A stretch of DNA of 64,000 nucleotides from Eubacteriales bacterium. GTDB lineage: Bacteria > Bacillota > Clostridia > Oscillospirales > CAG-272. The translations under genes were made by a program, and so were the position numbers. Location: assembly GCA_045544955.1 (NCBI GenBank), contig JAZPZY010000003.1, positions 5,168 to 69,167 of the forward strand, in the 5' to 3' direction. A model generated the notes under the pieces. That model was given only the letters and a program-made list of their open reading frames with translations. It did no database searches and was not told the DNA's origin. Within the stretch, counting starts at the first letter, position 1; every line of letters begins with the position of its first letter. Positions 29,793 through 39,789 of the stretch are shown here, in pieces.

Positions 29793-30205
29793 ATGTAGAT
29801 TCCATCAAAAACGGTCTGGTTCTCGATCACATCAAAGCCGGCCGCGGCATGCAGATCTACGATTATCTGCAGCTTGCCCGTCTCGACTGCCCGGTGGCCA
29901 TCATCCGGAACGTCCCCAGCAAGAAAATGGGCAAAAAGGACATCATCAAGATCGATGCGGATATTGATATCAACCTGGATACGCTGGGCTATATCGATCC
30001 GGACATCACCGTAAACGTGATTCGCGATTCCCAGGTGAAAAAACTCCGCCTGTCTCTGCCGGAGCAGATCACGGGCATTCTCAAGTGCAAGAATCCCCGG
30101 TGCATTTCCACGACGGAGCAGGAACTTCCGCAAATTTTCAAGCTGGCCGATCGGGAAAGACGCATCTACCGCTGTCTCTACTGCGAAGCCGCCGCCAAAG
30201 AATAA
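29789..30205 (+). CDS. pyrI: aspartate carbamoyltransferase regulatory subunit
   Basis: 138 aa. Zinc-domain cysteines CKNPRC...CLYC. Confidence 0.9.
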   Translation: MNVDSIKNGLVLDHIKAGRGMQIYDYLQLARLDCPVAIIRNVPSKKMGKKDIIKIDADIDINLDTLGYIDPDITVNVIRDSQVKKLRLSLPEQITGILKCKNPRCISTTEQELPQIFKLADRERRIYRCLYCEAAAKE

Positions 30206-30270
30206 ACAAAAACGGGTGCTGCATTTTCGGATGCAGCATCCTTACTGTCTCTTGAACGAAAGGCATCCAA

Positions 30271-31020
30271 ATGAAACATTCAACCAGAGAGAATCTGGCG
30301 GCTCTGCGGCGGGGTATGCGTCACGGCATCCCCATTGCACTGGGTTATTTTGCCGTGTCCCTCACGCTGGGTATTGCCGCACAGAACGCAGGCATCGGTG
30401 CAGGCCCTGCGGCGCTGATGAGTCTTCTCGTCACCGCCTCCGCCGGCGAATTTGCCGGTATCACCATGATTGCCGCCGCCGCCACCTATATTGAAACGGC
30501 GGTAATGGAATTTGTGGCAAACGCCCGGTATCTGCTTATGTCCTGTGCACTCAGTCAGAAAATCTCGAAAGACACGCGCTTCTATCACCGCTTTATCATG
30601 GGATTTTACGTGACGGACGAAATTTTTGCACTGGCTGCCGCCGTCCCCGGGAAAGTGAATCCGTTCTATATTTACGGAGCCGTCCTCGTGGCGTCTCCCG
30701 CATGGACGCTTGGTACCTATATCGGGGCCGTTCTGGGCAGTGCCCTGCCCACCCGGGCGGTAAGTGCCCTCTCCGTGGGGCTGTACGGTATGTTTCTCGC
30801 CTCCATCATTCCCCCGGCACGGAAGAATAAAATCGTCGCCGGACTGATTCTTCTCTCCTTTGCCGTAAGCGGTGCTGCCGCTGTGATCCCCGGCATTTCC
30901 GCGCTCTCCGCCGGCACGCGGACGATTCTGCTCACCGTGGTGCTTTCCGCCGCGGCGGCGATTCTCTTCCCACAAAAAACGGAGGAGACGGGAAAGGAGG
31001 CGGACGCCGATGCGAGGTAA
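30271..31020 (+). CDS. azlC: AzlC-family branched-chain amino-acid exporter subunit
   Basis: 249-aa polytopic membrane protein (GIPIALGYFAVSLTLGI...) followed by an overlapping small AzlD-like partner. Confidence 0.8.
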   Translation: MKHSTRENLAALRRGMRHGIPIALGYFAVSLTLGIAAQNAGIGAGPAALMSLLVTASAGEFAGITMIAAAATYIETAVMEFVANARYLLMSCALSQKISKDTRFYHRFIMGFYVTDEIFALAAAVPGKVNPFYIYGAVLVASPAWTLGTYIGAVLGSALPTRAVSALSVGLYGMFLASIIPPARKNKIVAGLILLSFAVSGAAAVIPGISALSAGTRTILLTVVLSAAAAILFPQKTEETGKEADADAR

Positions 31021-31318
31021 CGTATATATCTACATCCTGGTGCTGACGGCGGTCACGTATATGATCCGTCTGCTTCCTTTGACGCTGATCCGCCGGGAGA
31101 TCAAAAACACCTTTCTTCGCTCGTTTCTTTACTACGTCCCGTACGTCACCCTGGCCGTAATGACCTTTCCCTCCATTCTCACTGCCACGGAAAGTCCCAT
31201 CGCCGCCTCTCTTGCCCTTCTGGCAGGTATTTTAGCGGCGTGGTTCGGTGCCGGCCTGTTTCAGGTATCGGTGCTCTGCTGCGCCGTGGTGTTCGTAACG
31301 GAGTTATTTCTTATCTGA
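31010..31318 (+). CDS. azlD: AzlD-family small membrane protein
   Basis: 102 aa, three hydrophobic helices. Overlaps the azlC end by 11 nt. Confidence 0.75.
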   Translation: MRGNVYIYILVLTAVTYMIRLLPLTLIRREIKNTFLRSFLYYVPYVTLAVMTFPSILTATESPIAASLALLAGILAAWFGAGLFQVSVLCCAVVFVTELFLI

Positions 31319-31321
31319 ACG

Positions 31322-31366
31322 AAAAACGGAGCTGCCGCATGAAAAGATGCGAAAGCTCCGTTTTTT
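31322..31366. terminator. bidirectional intrinsic terminator
   Basis: AAAAACGGAGCT...AGCTCCGTTTTT outer stem with an inner GCAT/ATGC hairpin, between azlD (+) and the SleB-like gene (-). Confidence 0.8.
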
Positions 31367-31379
31367 CATTTTTCAAAAA

Positions 31380-32261
31380 TCAGGAGTAAAAATCGTGTCC
31401 GCTGATGGTCATTACGTACCGGCAGTTCTGCGGCACCCAGAAGTTGGTGGCCAAAGCAGCGTTGATAAAATAGAGGATCTCATGGGAAAGTGAGTATCCC
31501 TCCAGGCAGATCTTTGCCGCAATGATGCTTTCCTCCGAGGGCGTGCAGTAGATCATACCGTTGGCAGTGGGCGTGAACTGCACGCCGTACTCTCTGTCAA
31601 AGATCACGTCGTAAATGGTATCGGGGAAGATCTCCGCCCTCGTCCGGTTCAGCACCACGTTTCCAACGGCAATCTGCCCGTCAAAGGGCTCCGCCCCCGC
31701 TTCGGCGTAGATGATCCGGGAAAGCCAGTACACCTCGTCCTCCACGTAATAGGCGTTGCCCGGACGGATCGTGGAGGTGCCTGCCACCACGTAGGCGGCA
31801 AATTCCTCCGCATTCCAGATAACGTCCGCACCCAAAGCCTTCGCCGCCGTACGCAGAGGAACGTACGCCCGGCTTTCATCGGCGAATACGCCCGTCGGGC
31901 ACCACAGATACCGGCCGTTGGCTTCCAGGTATTCTGCCCCGTTCCGCACGCTCATAACGATATCCGTGCCGAAAAACCGGGCCGTTTGCTCTCCGGCATC
32001 CCAAGAGGCACGGCACACGTTCATCTCGGCGGTAAACTCATGCAGATCCACGTAGGTGGTATCCTCGTAAAGAACGGCACGTCCGCTGTACGGCACGTCG
32101 TTTATGTACATCTGCACGTATTCCGTCTCCCGGGTTTCCGAATACACCGGCGCCGCCTGTGCGTACAGGGGAACGGCAGAAGCGGTGAGCAGACATAACA
32201 GCACCTCAAGCAGTGCGGTCATTTTTATACAGTTCCTGCATTGCGATATTAAATTTTTCAT
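31380..32261 (-). CDS. SleB-type cell-wall hydrolase with N-terminal copper-amine-oxidase-like (stalk) domain
   Basis: C-terminal hydrolase_2 pattern VYWLSRIIYAEAGAEPFDGQIAVGNVVLNRT...VQFTP. Signal peptide MTALLEVLLCLLTASAVPLYAQA, so ATG 32222 is an alternative start. Confidence 0.8.
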   Translation of the reverse strand: MKNLISQCRNCIKMTALLEVLLCLLTASAVPLYAQAAPVYSETRETEYVQMYINDVPYSGRAVLYEDTTYVDLHEFTAEMNVCRASWDAGEQTARFFGTDIVMSVRNGAEYLEANGRYLWCPTGVFADESRAYVPLRTAAKALGADVIWNAEEFAAYVVAGTSTIRPGNAYYVEDEVYWLSRIIYAEAGAEPFDGQIAVGNVVLNRTRAEIFPDTIYDVIFDREYGVQFTPTANGMIYCTPSEESIIAAKICLEGYSLSHEILYFINAALATNFWVPQNCRYVMTISGHDFYS

Positions 32262-32284
32262 ACTTTCTCATCCTTTCCAGACAC

Positions 32285-32313
32285 ATTCTATCACAGAATC
32301 CCCTCTATTGCAA
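32285..32313 (-). promoter_or_regulatory. sigma-A type promoter for the SleB-like gene
   Basis: Minus strand reads TTGCAA (32313-32308), 17 nt, TAGAAT (32290-32285). Confidence 0.55.
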
Positions 32314-32400
32314 CGAACAATATTTTCCACCGATCGACGCCGATAACGAAAAACGGGGCGTTTGTTCACAAATGTTCACAATATGGCCGTGAATAGGGAA

Positions 32401-32429
32401 TTGACTTGACGTAAATCCTTTAGTATAAT
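32401..32429 (+). promoter_or_regulatory. sigma-A type promoter for lipoprotein gene 32474
   Basis: TTGACT (32401-32406), 17 nt, TATAAT (32424-32429). Confidence 0.7.
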
Positions 32430-32473
32430 TATCCTGTACCATATCTGTATTACACCGATTCGGAGACATATAT

Positions 32474-33940
32474 ATGAAGCATTCTGTTCGCACCGCCGTA
32501 TGTGCCCTTCTTCTTTCTGCCGCGCTTCTGCTTTCCGGCTGCGGCATCGTCATCATAGATTCCCCCGCCGACACGTCAGCCGATGCCGTACACGGCGATG
32601 ATGCACCGGCACCGCTGCCGCCGGAAACCTATCCCGAAGTTACGAAAATCGACAACGCTTCCGCCTATAAAGCCGCCTCGGAGGCGTACCTTGCGTCTGT
32701 TCCCACTGCGGACTACAACGGTGCTTCCGTTTTTATTACGTCACCGCGGACAGACGTGATCGATCCGCTGGACACGGCCGACAGCTATGCCGCCGCAAAG
32801 CACAAACGCAACCAGGCAGTGGAATCCGGATGGAACGTGCATCTGGTAACTGCCATGGCGGAGGAAGCAAATTTCCCGGCATTGGTGCGAGACAGCGTGC
32901 TTGCCGAAGAGTATTACTCCGATCTTCTGATGATTCCCCAGTATCAGCTGGGTACCTTCTACGCGGACGGCTCGCTTCTGAATCTGCGCAGTCTTCCCTT
33001 TCTCGACCTGGACCAGCCGTATTTTGATGCGGATTCCATAGAAGCCGCTTCCGTTGGAAACGCCGTTTACGGTGCGGCAGGTCCCGCTTCCTTTGAAGAA
33101 TCCACGCTGACTGCCATATTTTTCAACCGGGATCTTTTTTCACAGTACGAGCTCACCCTTCCCTACGATAAAGTATACGACGGCACGTGGACCTGGGACG
33201 TATTCTTTGCATACAGCAAAACGATCTCCGATATAAACGGTGAGAACGGCACGTCCTATTCCGCTTACGCCACGCAGTATGCGGCGGAAATGCTGCCTTC
33301 CGTCCTGTTTTTCTCCGCAGGGGAACGGTTTGTCAAAAAGGGCGATACTGCCCCCGTCATTGCCTACTCCGCCGACAGCGAGCCGGCCGCGTCCCTCATT
33401 TCCACGCTGTTCAAAGACAAAAACATGCACAAGGACATCAGTAGCGGCCTGTCCCGCTTTCACGAGGGCAATTCCCTGTTCCTGCTTGATCGGCTGTATC
33501 TGATGAGCTGGATGATAAACGGTGCTAACAGCTGGGGCGTTCTGCCAATGCCCAAAGCTACCGAAAAGCAGGCGGACTACGTTTCTCTGACGGATGAGTG
33601 CGTGCTCTTCTTCGCCACACCGAAAAACAATGTCCACGCCGAACGCACCGCCCATATTCTGTCCGCACTGAACGCCTCCTCATACGGCGTGATCTCCGAT
33701 GCCTACGTTACAAACGCCGTTCGTCACGTCCTCCGTGACAACGATTCCGCTAACGTTTTGGATATTCTGATCCGCACCCGCACCTACGATTTCGCCTTCT
33801 CCTTCGGCCACACGGAGCCGCTTCTGGCAAACGCCACCTTCGGCGGAATGAAGGATATTGCCGCCGGGACTGCCTTTTCCTCCGTGGCAAAACGCATCCC
33901 CAACGCCAATACACAGCTGAGCAAAAAATTCCCCGGCTAA
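32474..33940 (+). CDS. putative lipoprotein (solute-binding-protein-like size; function unknown)
   Basis: 488 aa. Lipobox LLLSGCG. No adjacent transporter genes. Family not recognised by eye. Confidence 0.7.
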   Translation: MKHSVRTAVCALLLSAALLLSGCGIVIIDSPADTSADAVHGDDAPAPLPPETYPEVTKIDNASAYKAASEAYLASVPTADYNGASVFITSPRTDVIDPLDTADSYAAAKHKRNQAVESGWNVHLVTAMAEEANFPALVRDSVLAEEYYSDLLMIPQYQLGTFYADGSLLNLRSLPFLDLDQPYFDADSIEAASVGNAVYGAAGPASFEESTLTAIFFNRDLFSQYELTLPYDKVYDGTWTWDVFFAYSKTISDINGENGTSYSAYATQYAAEMLPSVLFFSAGERFVKKGDTAPVIAYSADSEPAASLISTLFKDKNMHKDISSGLSRFHEGNSLFLLDRLYLMSWMINGANSWGVLPMPKATEKQADYVSLTDECVLFFATPKNNVHAERTAHILSALNASSYGVISDAYVTNAVRHVLRDNDSANVLDILIRTRTYDFAFSFGHTEPLLANATFGGMKDIAAGTAFSSVAKRIPNANTQLSKKFPG

Positions 33941-34023
33941 AAGAGCATTGCGGTATAAGTGTATGTACCGCCACACTATAATAGAACTATCCTTATAAAT
34001 TTACAGGAAAGGAGCCCTGCTTT

Positions 34024-35802
34024 ATGGGAATCAATACGATCGGCAGTACCCTGACGCTGCTGGGACGGATATTCGATACGCAGAAACAGAGAAAACCGAT
34101 CCTTGCGGAAAAATCGGATAAACCGCCCTTCCGCCACACGCCGGTACACCAGCCGCTTCCCCGTGTATGCCCGGAAGAAGTTGGGCTGGACAGCGAACGA
34201 ATAGCGACTTTTCTCCGTGAAATCGCCAAGGACGAAACGCTGCACATGCACAGCATCCTGATTTTGCGGCACGGCAAAATTGCGGCAGAGATCGCCTTTG
34301 CAGATAACGATCCGCACATCTGGAAGCAGACGTATTCCGCCTGCAAAAGCATCACTGCACTGGCCATCGGCATGCTGTGTGACGAGGGTTTGCTTTCCCT
34401 GGACACAAAGATTTCCGATCTGTTTGAAAAGCACCTTACGCCCATCAGCCGTCTTTCGGTAAAGGAGCTGACCGTGCGTCATCTTCTGACCATGACCACC
34501 GGTGCTTCCTTCAACGAGGCCGCCATGCTGACGGAACGGGATTGGATCAAAGGGTATTTCAGCGGTACCTTTTCCCCCGGCACATTCTCCTATAACAGCC
34601 TCAACTCCTATATCCTCTCTGCCATCGTGCAGGAAAAAACCGGAAAGCGTCTGTCCGAATATCTGACGCCTCGGCTCTTTGCTCCTTTGGGGATCGACGA
34701 GTTTTACTGGGAAACCTGTCCCATGGGCATTGACAAGGGCGGCTGGGGATTGTATCTCCGTCCGGAGGATCTTGCAAAAATCGGCATACTGGTGATGCAA
34801 AATGGCGTATGGAAGGGCAAGCGGCTGATCTCCCACGCCTTTCTGCAGCAGGCGACGCATACCCAAACGGCCACCGGCACGGTATCTCAGCTGTATGATT
34901 ACGGATTTCATATCTGGACGGGGAAAAAGCAGGATTCTTTTCTGTTCAACGGTATGCTGGGGCAAAACGTACTGGGATTCCGGGAAAGCGGCGTGATCCT
35001 CGTTTCCCACGCGGGCAACGACGAGATGTTCCAATCCAGCAATTATTTCCCCCTGGCGGCCCGTTATTTCGGGAGTGCTTCTCAAAAAGCACTTCCGCCA
35101 AACGACGGGGCGTACGCCCGTCTTACGAAAACCATCGCCGCGCTGAAGGAGCATCCACTTTCCCCTGCCCCGCAAAAAAAGCGATCCCGCTTTGGCCGTC
35201 TGTTCAAAAAACAAGCGCCTGCCCCCACCTTCATCCCTTTACCAAAGGAATGTGATCTTCTGAACGGCGTGCGGTTTGAAACGGACGATCCCAACGCACC
35301 ATCCGTTTCTCTGATGCCGCTGATGCTGCAGGTGGTGCAAAATAATTACGGCAGCGGACTGCGCGCACTCTCCTTTTTGAAAAACGGGAATACGTTTTAC
35401 ATGACCTACGCGGAAGCGGAAGCAAGCTATCTTCTGCCCATCGGCTTTGGTGTTTCCGCCCCGGCGGACATCCGCATCGGTGACGTACCCTATCACGTAA
35501 AAACGCTGGGTGCTTTTGTCCGGGATGAAGACGGCCGGCCGATTCTCAAGATCCGCATTTCCTTCTGCGAAACGCCCATGACACGCTATCTGAAGCTGTA
35601 TTACACGGGCATATCGCCCTGTCTGAAGCAATACGAGCAGCCAGGCAGCGAGTTTATTTTCACAAAGATTCTCGGCGTAAAGCACGCCCTCAACATTGCA
35701 CCCATTATCGGCAGCACGCTGGATAAAATCGACAACGATTATCTCCGGTTTCGGGTAGACAAAGCCTTCGCCCCCCATATTCGCGTTAACAAGACAGAAT
35801 AA
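34024..35802 (+). CDS. serine hydrolase, beta-lactamase/transpeptidase-like family, with C-terminal extension
   Basis: 592 aa. SxxK motif SACKSITALAIGML within a class-C-like N-terminal half. Confidence 0.75.
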   Translation: MGINTIGSTLTLLGRIFDTQKQRKPILAEKSDKPPFRHTPVHQPLPRVCPEEVGLDSERIATFLREIAKDETLHMHSILILRHGKIAAEIAFADNDPHIWKQTYSACKSITALAIGMLCDEGLLSLDTKISDLFEKHLTPISRLSVKELTVRHLLTMTTGASFNEAAMLTERDWIKGYFSGTFSPGTFSYNSLNSYILSAIVQEKTGKRLSEYLTPRLFAPLGIDEFYWETCPMGIDKGGWGLYLRPEDLAKIGILVMQNGVWKGKRLISHAFLQQATHTQTATGTVSQLYDYGFHIWTGKKQDSFLFNGMLGQNVLGFRESGVILVSHAGNDEMFQSSNYFPLAARYFGSASQKALPPNDGAYARLTKTIAALKEHPLSPAPQKKRSRFGRLFKKQAPAPTFIPLPKECDLLNGVRFETDDPNAPSVSLMPLMLQVVQNNYGSGLRALSFLKNGNTFYMTYAEAEASYLLPIGFGVSAPADIRIGDVPYHVKTLGAFVRDEDGRPILKIRISFCETPMTRYLKLYYTGISPCLKQYEQPGSEFIFTKILGVKHALNIAPIIGSTLDKIDNDYLRFRVDKAFAPHIRVNKTE

Positions 35803-35833
35803 AAACACGCCGCACTCCCGTGCGGCGTTTTTG
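35803..35833. terminator. bidirectional intrinsic terminator
   Basis: ACGCCGCAC-TCCC-GTGCGGCGT-TTTTG flanked by an A-run, between convergent stops at 35802 and 35836. Confidence 0.85.
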
Positions 35834-35835
35834 TT

Positions 35836-37884
35836 TTATTTATTAAATTGCAGAATAACGTAGGAGCATTTTTCGGGGATCCGGATAGTCAGCGTTTCCC
35901 CATTCCGGGAAAGGGCGGCGTCCTCCTTCGTAAACGGCAGATACACCTTGGGATCCTTATCACACGTGATCTGCACGATGCCGTCCAGTCCCAGCGGCTC
36001 CACCTTATTGACGAAGTTCACGCGGCTTCTGTGCTTGCGGATCTCGTCCAGATGATGATCGATATCCACGTCGTAATCCTCCGCCAGAAGCTGAACGGTC
36101 ACTGCATCCTCCGTTTCGAACATGGTGGAAAGATAGCCTTTCGCCCGCTCGATCTTTATCGGCATGGACTTCATGTACTGCCGGCAAAGTTCCAGTACGT
36201 GCTCCGTATTGGTGCCCCGGCTGATGCGGTGGGGATGATAGAACACGCCCTCTCTGGGCTCGCTCCACACGTCCGGATCGGCACTGTCTTCAACCTCCGT
36301 CTTAGCGATCCAATCAGGTTCTCTGCCCCACGAATCGCCCTTCGGGATATGGATGAAGAAATCTTCACCTGGCACGTCGAGGCGATTCTTCAGTTTCCAG
36401 GTATTCTCACAGCCTTCGATCGCGGTCGGACCGGTTACGACGATCTTACCGCCGGCTTTGAGGTATTTGTCCATCGCCGCTTTTTCTTCATCGGTCATCT
36501 TTGTCGCACTGGAAAGCAGAATAATCGGATACTTATCCGCCGTTTCGGGGAAAGTGAACACAGTGTGCGGGCAGATACCTTCACGGAAGAGAGCCACGAG
36601 CGTTGCACCGTAGTCCTGGTAATAGCCCTTATTGAGGTTACCGAAGCAGGTATGGTTGCGCGTCTCGTACGAGAAGTACACGCCAAGCTGGCCTACGAAA
36701 TCGCCGTTAAACAGTTCGAGATGATTCTTCTCGAATCTGAATGCCTCGCCGACGATATCCTTTTCATCAGGAAGGGTATTGAGAATATGGCGGGGGAGCC
36801 CGAGACGGCCCTTCAAAGTACCGATCCAGGCATCCGCCCCGAGGAGCTTCGATACTGCCCACACGTGATTGGCAGAAACGGTAGTAAACGCATATCCGGT
36901 ACAAAACGCCCGGAATCCCTTCTCTCTTGCCGCCGCCTGGTGGTGGGAGGCATTGACGAGACGGGTCTTGACCGGTACGTTTACCGTCTTCGGATCGTGC
37001 TTGTACGGCGGAGTGTTGCCGCTCATCTCCATATTGACGTAGTTGCATCCGCGAAGGAACTGGCGGGCATCGGTTGCACACTGGAGTGCACTGGGCGTAG
37101 CGGAACTGCCGCCGCATCCTGTAAGCATGAATCCTTCGGGAACAACTTTACGAAGTCCCTCGTAAAACTCACCATTAGAAGCAAAACGGAGATCAATAAA
37201 GTCTATCCACGCAGGATTGTCCCAATTGCCCCAGAAATTCGTATCGGTAACGGGCGGGAGTTCTTTCAGTCCGGAACGGCGTCTTAACTCCTCCTGACAG
37301 TGGCGGCACGCACATCCCTTGTACGCAAGATAGTACATCGCGTCGTCCGCACTGAGACCGTCGATGTTCGTATCGGCGATCAGTGTTTTCACGTAATCGT
37401 AGTACGCTTCTTTGAACTCCGGATTCCGGTGACAGAATCCCTCGGAGGTATACTGGGGGAAATACAGCGGCTCTCTCGTGATCGTATCGATCATACGCCA
37501 GTCGTTCAGGTATTTCCCTTTATACTGCCATGTCTTTGCCGCCTCCCAAGTGGGACTGAAGGGCAGGTGCGGACCGCTGTCCAGCATGACGTGACGCATT
37601 TCCTCCCGGGTGCTGTACCGGTGCACCAGATTGACGGAATGGTGATCGTACAGCTTTACGCCGTACTTGTGCAGTTCCTCCGCAACGGTGGCAATATAGT
37701 CGTGCAGAAGGGGGAAAACCGGCAGCCAGTCCCACCGGAAATGGGTCCCGAACAAAACTACCGCAGATACGTCTGCTTTGGCAAGTCCCTCGGCACGTGC
37801 TTTGATATTGTCGTAGTTATCGGGATCCGGCCAGTTCAGATCCTCCCAGCGTATCCACCATGTGGCCATTCTTTGATTTTCCAT
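35836..37884 (-). CDS. glycoside-hydrolase-like TIM-barrel protein (GH42-like architecture; uncertain)
   Basis: Real start is ATG 37884 (MENQRMATWWIRWEDLNWPD...) with an AGAGGAGA RBS. A central segment (KYPIILLSSATKMTDEEKAAMDKYLKAGGKIVVTGP) resembles the GH42 trimerisation (GATase-like) domain. Assignment is by eye only. Confidence 0.55.
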   Translation of the reverse strand: MENQRMATWWIRWEDLNWPDPDNYDNIKARAEGLAKADVSAVVLFGTHFRWDWLPVFPLLHDYIATVAEELHKYGVKLYDHHSVNLVHRYSTREEMRHVMLDSGPHLPFSPTWEAAKTWQYKGKYLNDWRMIDTITREPLYFPQYTSEGFCHRNPEFKEAYYDYVKTLIADTNIDGLSADDAMYYLAYKGCACRHCQEELRRRSGLKELPPVTDTNFWGNWDNPAWIDFIDLRFASNGEFYEGLRKVVPEGFMLTGCGGSSATPSALQCATDARQFLRGCNYVNMEMSGNTPPYKHDPKTVNVPVKTRLVNASHHQAAAREKGFRAFCTGYAFTTVSANHVWAVSKLLGADAWIGTLKGRLGLPRHILNTLPDEKDIVGEAFRFEKNHLELFNGDFVGQLGVYFSYETRNHTCFGNLNKGYYQDYGATLVALFREGICPHTVFTFPETADKYPIILLSSATKMTDEEKAAMDKYLKAGGKIVVTGPTAIEGCENTWKLKNRLDVPGEDFFIHIPKGDSWGREPDWIAKTEVEDSADPDVWSEPREGVFYHPHRISRGTNTEHVLELCRQYMKSMPIKIERAKGYLSTMFETEDAVTVQLLAEDYDVDIDHHLDEIRKHRSRVNFVNKVEPLGLDGIVQITCDKDPKVYLPFTKEDAALSRNGETLTIRIPEKCSYVILQFNK

Positions 37885-37933
37885 CGGGTCTCCTCTCTTT
37901 ATCGAAAAAAATAGCAGATTATTCGTTAGTTCT

Positions 37934-37962
37934 ATTATATTCCCCCCATATCCCTCTGTCAA
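37934..37962 (-). promoter_or_regulatory. sigma-A type promoter for the GH42-like gene
   Basis: Minus strand reads TTGACA (37962-37957), 17 nt, TATAAT (37939-37934). Confidence 0.7.
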
Positions 37963-38065
37963 CCGAAAGATAGTAGACAAACGATCGGCTGTTTTTCTTC
38001 TTTCAAAATTTAAAAGGAGCAAATTAATTTATTTATCTAAACAACTGCTCCTCCTCATAAACGAC

Positions 38066-38094
38066 TTGACATATGAGGCAAAATATTGTAAAAT
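38066..38094 (+). promoter_or_regulatory. sigma-A type promoter for the lipoprotein/ABC-2 module
   Basis: TTGACA (38066-38071), 17 nt, TAAAAT (38089-38094). Confidence 0.65.
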
Positions 38095-38122
38095 AATAAA
38101 AAATGTAAAGGAGTTATTAACT

Positions 38123-39682
38123 ATGTCAAAAGTATTCAAATCGTTTGCTGCCGTTCTTTTGATCCTTTCGATGATCTGTGGTCTTGTTGCATGCAACGCC
38201 GCGCCTTCTCAGAAATCCTTTGTAAAGGCGTACACCAATGAGGTCAGTGCGTTGACCGGCGCAATCAGTTCCTATTATGACAAAATCGATGACTATGATA
38301 TGAACGATATCAACCTCGACCTAGCTTACAGCGTTCAGCTTTCAGATGATCTTCTCTCTCTCCTCCGTTCGCTCACCTCGTACGATCTGGAATGGATCAA
38401 CAATCTGAAACTGAATTTATCCGAGAACTTCAAGGACGAAATGATGTCCTTCATCCTTGGCATTACTTATGACAAAACGGAACTTGCCACGGCAGAGGTT
38501 ATCATGAATCTCGCTGACAACGAAGTGTTCATGAACATCCCCGTAATCAGCGAAACGTTCGCTGTGATGGATCTCTCCGAGGTCTATGATGCAAATACGC
38601 TCGGCGTTATGCAGAATCTCAATATGAAGGATCTGCTTCCCTCTGAGGAACCGCTGAAAGATCTCGTTGAAGAGGTCAGCGCAGTAATCATTGAGGGCAT
38701 CAGCGACGTGACCTTTGAAGAGGCCGAACTTACGGCAAACGGCGTCACCCAGGCCTGCGTTGCCTACACAGCAGAACTCTCCGAAAAAGAGATTGCCGTA
38801 CTCTGCCTCAACGTTCTCGAAACGCTTGAAAAGAGTGAGAATTTCAAAACCGTCATCTGCGATTTCGTTAAAGCGTACAGCGACCTTGCTGACTCCATGG
38901 ACCTTGAAGAAATTGACTATACGCCTGACGAGGCTTACGACGAGTTGATCACCGAAATCACCGCGGCGATCACCGATCTCAAAGACAGCATTGACGGCGG
39001 CCAGATGGCGGAGGAAGCATTGTTCACCCTGACCTCCTATATCACCGGCAAGCTTGACGTAATCGGCATTAAGATCGATATCCCGGATTCCGCTGCCACC
39101 TGCTTCTTCGCTGCCACCCAAAACAAGGGCCAGTTCGGCATTGAAGCGTACTACGAGAGCGATGGCGAAAAATACGCAGCACTTGAAGGCGATCTCACCA
39201 TCGACGGCAAGGATCTCTCCGGTACTTACGAAGTAAAGGTTAACGGCGAATCCATGCTGTTTATCGATCTTGATAACGTGGACGCAAAGAAGCTGATGGA
39301 CGGCTATTTCATCGGATCGGTTTCGATCTCCCCCTCCAAGGGACTTATCGAACTTATAGCAGATGCATTCTCTCTCGATTCTTCCATGGCCGGTCTTTCT
39401 CTTGCAAATCTTGCCATTAAATTCGACTACATCAGAAACGATGGCAAAGAAGCCGAGATTGCTATCAGCCTCATGAACGGCGACAAACCTTACATCTCTA
39501 TCCTCATGGACGGCAAAACTACAAACGGTACCACGGTAGAGAAACCCCAAAACGCTATCGACGATATAGAAGAGTGGGCAAAGGGTATCCACCTTGACGA
39601 ATTTATCAGCAGAGTGGAAACGAGCGGCCTTCCCGATTACGTCGTAGAATACGCAAAAATGCTGGAAGATTTGCTCCAGTAA
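38123..39682 (+). CDS. acidic lipoprotein of unknown function
   Basis: ATG 38123 with an AAGGAG RBS. Signal and lipobox MSKVFKSFAAVLLILSMICGLVAC. 519 aa, rich in D/E. No family recognised. Confidence 0.75.
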   Translation: MSKVFKSFAAVLLILSMICGLVACNAAPSQKSFVKAYTNEVSALTGAISSYYDKIDDYDMNDINLDLAYSVQLSDDLLSLLRSLTSYDLEWINNLKLNLSENFKDEMMSFILGITYDKTELATAEVIMNLADNEVFMNIPVISETFAVMDLSEVYDANTLGVMQNLNMKDLLPSEEPLKDLVEEVSAVIIEGISDVTFEEAELTANGVTQACVAYTAELSEKEIAVLCLNVLETLEKSENFKTVICDFVKAYSDLADSMDLEEIDYTPDEAYDELITEITAAITDLKDSIDGGQMAEEALFTLTSYITGKLDVIGIKIDIPDSAATCFFAATQNKGQFGIEAYYESDGEKYAALEGDLTIDGKDLSGTYEVKVNGESMLFIDLDNVDAKKLMDGYFIGSVSISPSKGLIELIADAFSLDSSMAGLSLANLAIKFDYIRNDGKEAEIAISLMNGDKPYISILMDGKTTNGTTVEKPQNAIDDIEEWAKGIHLDEFISRVETSGLPDYVVEYAKMLEDLLQ

Positions 39683-39691
39683 TAAACAACC

Positions 39692-39726
39692 GTCACACTG
39701 ATTGTCATACTGGCAATCAGTGTGAC
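39692..39726 (+). terminator. perfect 13-bp hairpin between lipoprotein and ABC genes (terminator or processing/attenuation site)
   Basis: GTCACACTGATTG (39692-39704) pairs perfectly with CAATCAGTGTGAC (39714-39726). No clear U-tract follows (TTGTACAGG). Confidence 0.4.
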
Positions 39727-39789
39727 TTGTACAGGCGGAAAAATCGGTTAAACAATCTCTCCGTACGCTTCAGGACGAGGTACCCATTT

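Noticed and set aside
30215-30240. Hairpin GGTGCTGCAT/ATGCAGCATC after pyrI as a terminator
   Set aside because: The stem is good, but no U-tract follows and azlC starts 31 nt later. I cannot decide between a weak terminator and read-through, so it is not listed as a feature.
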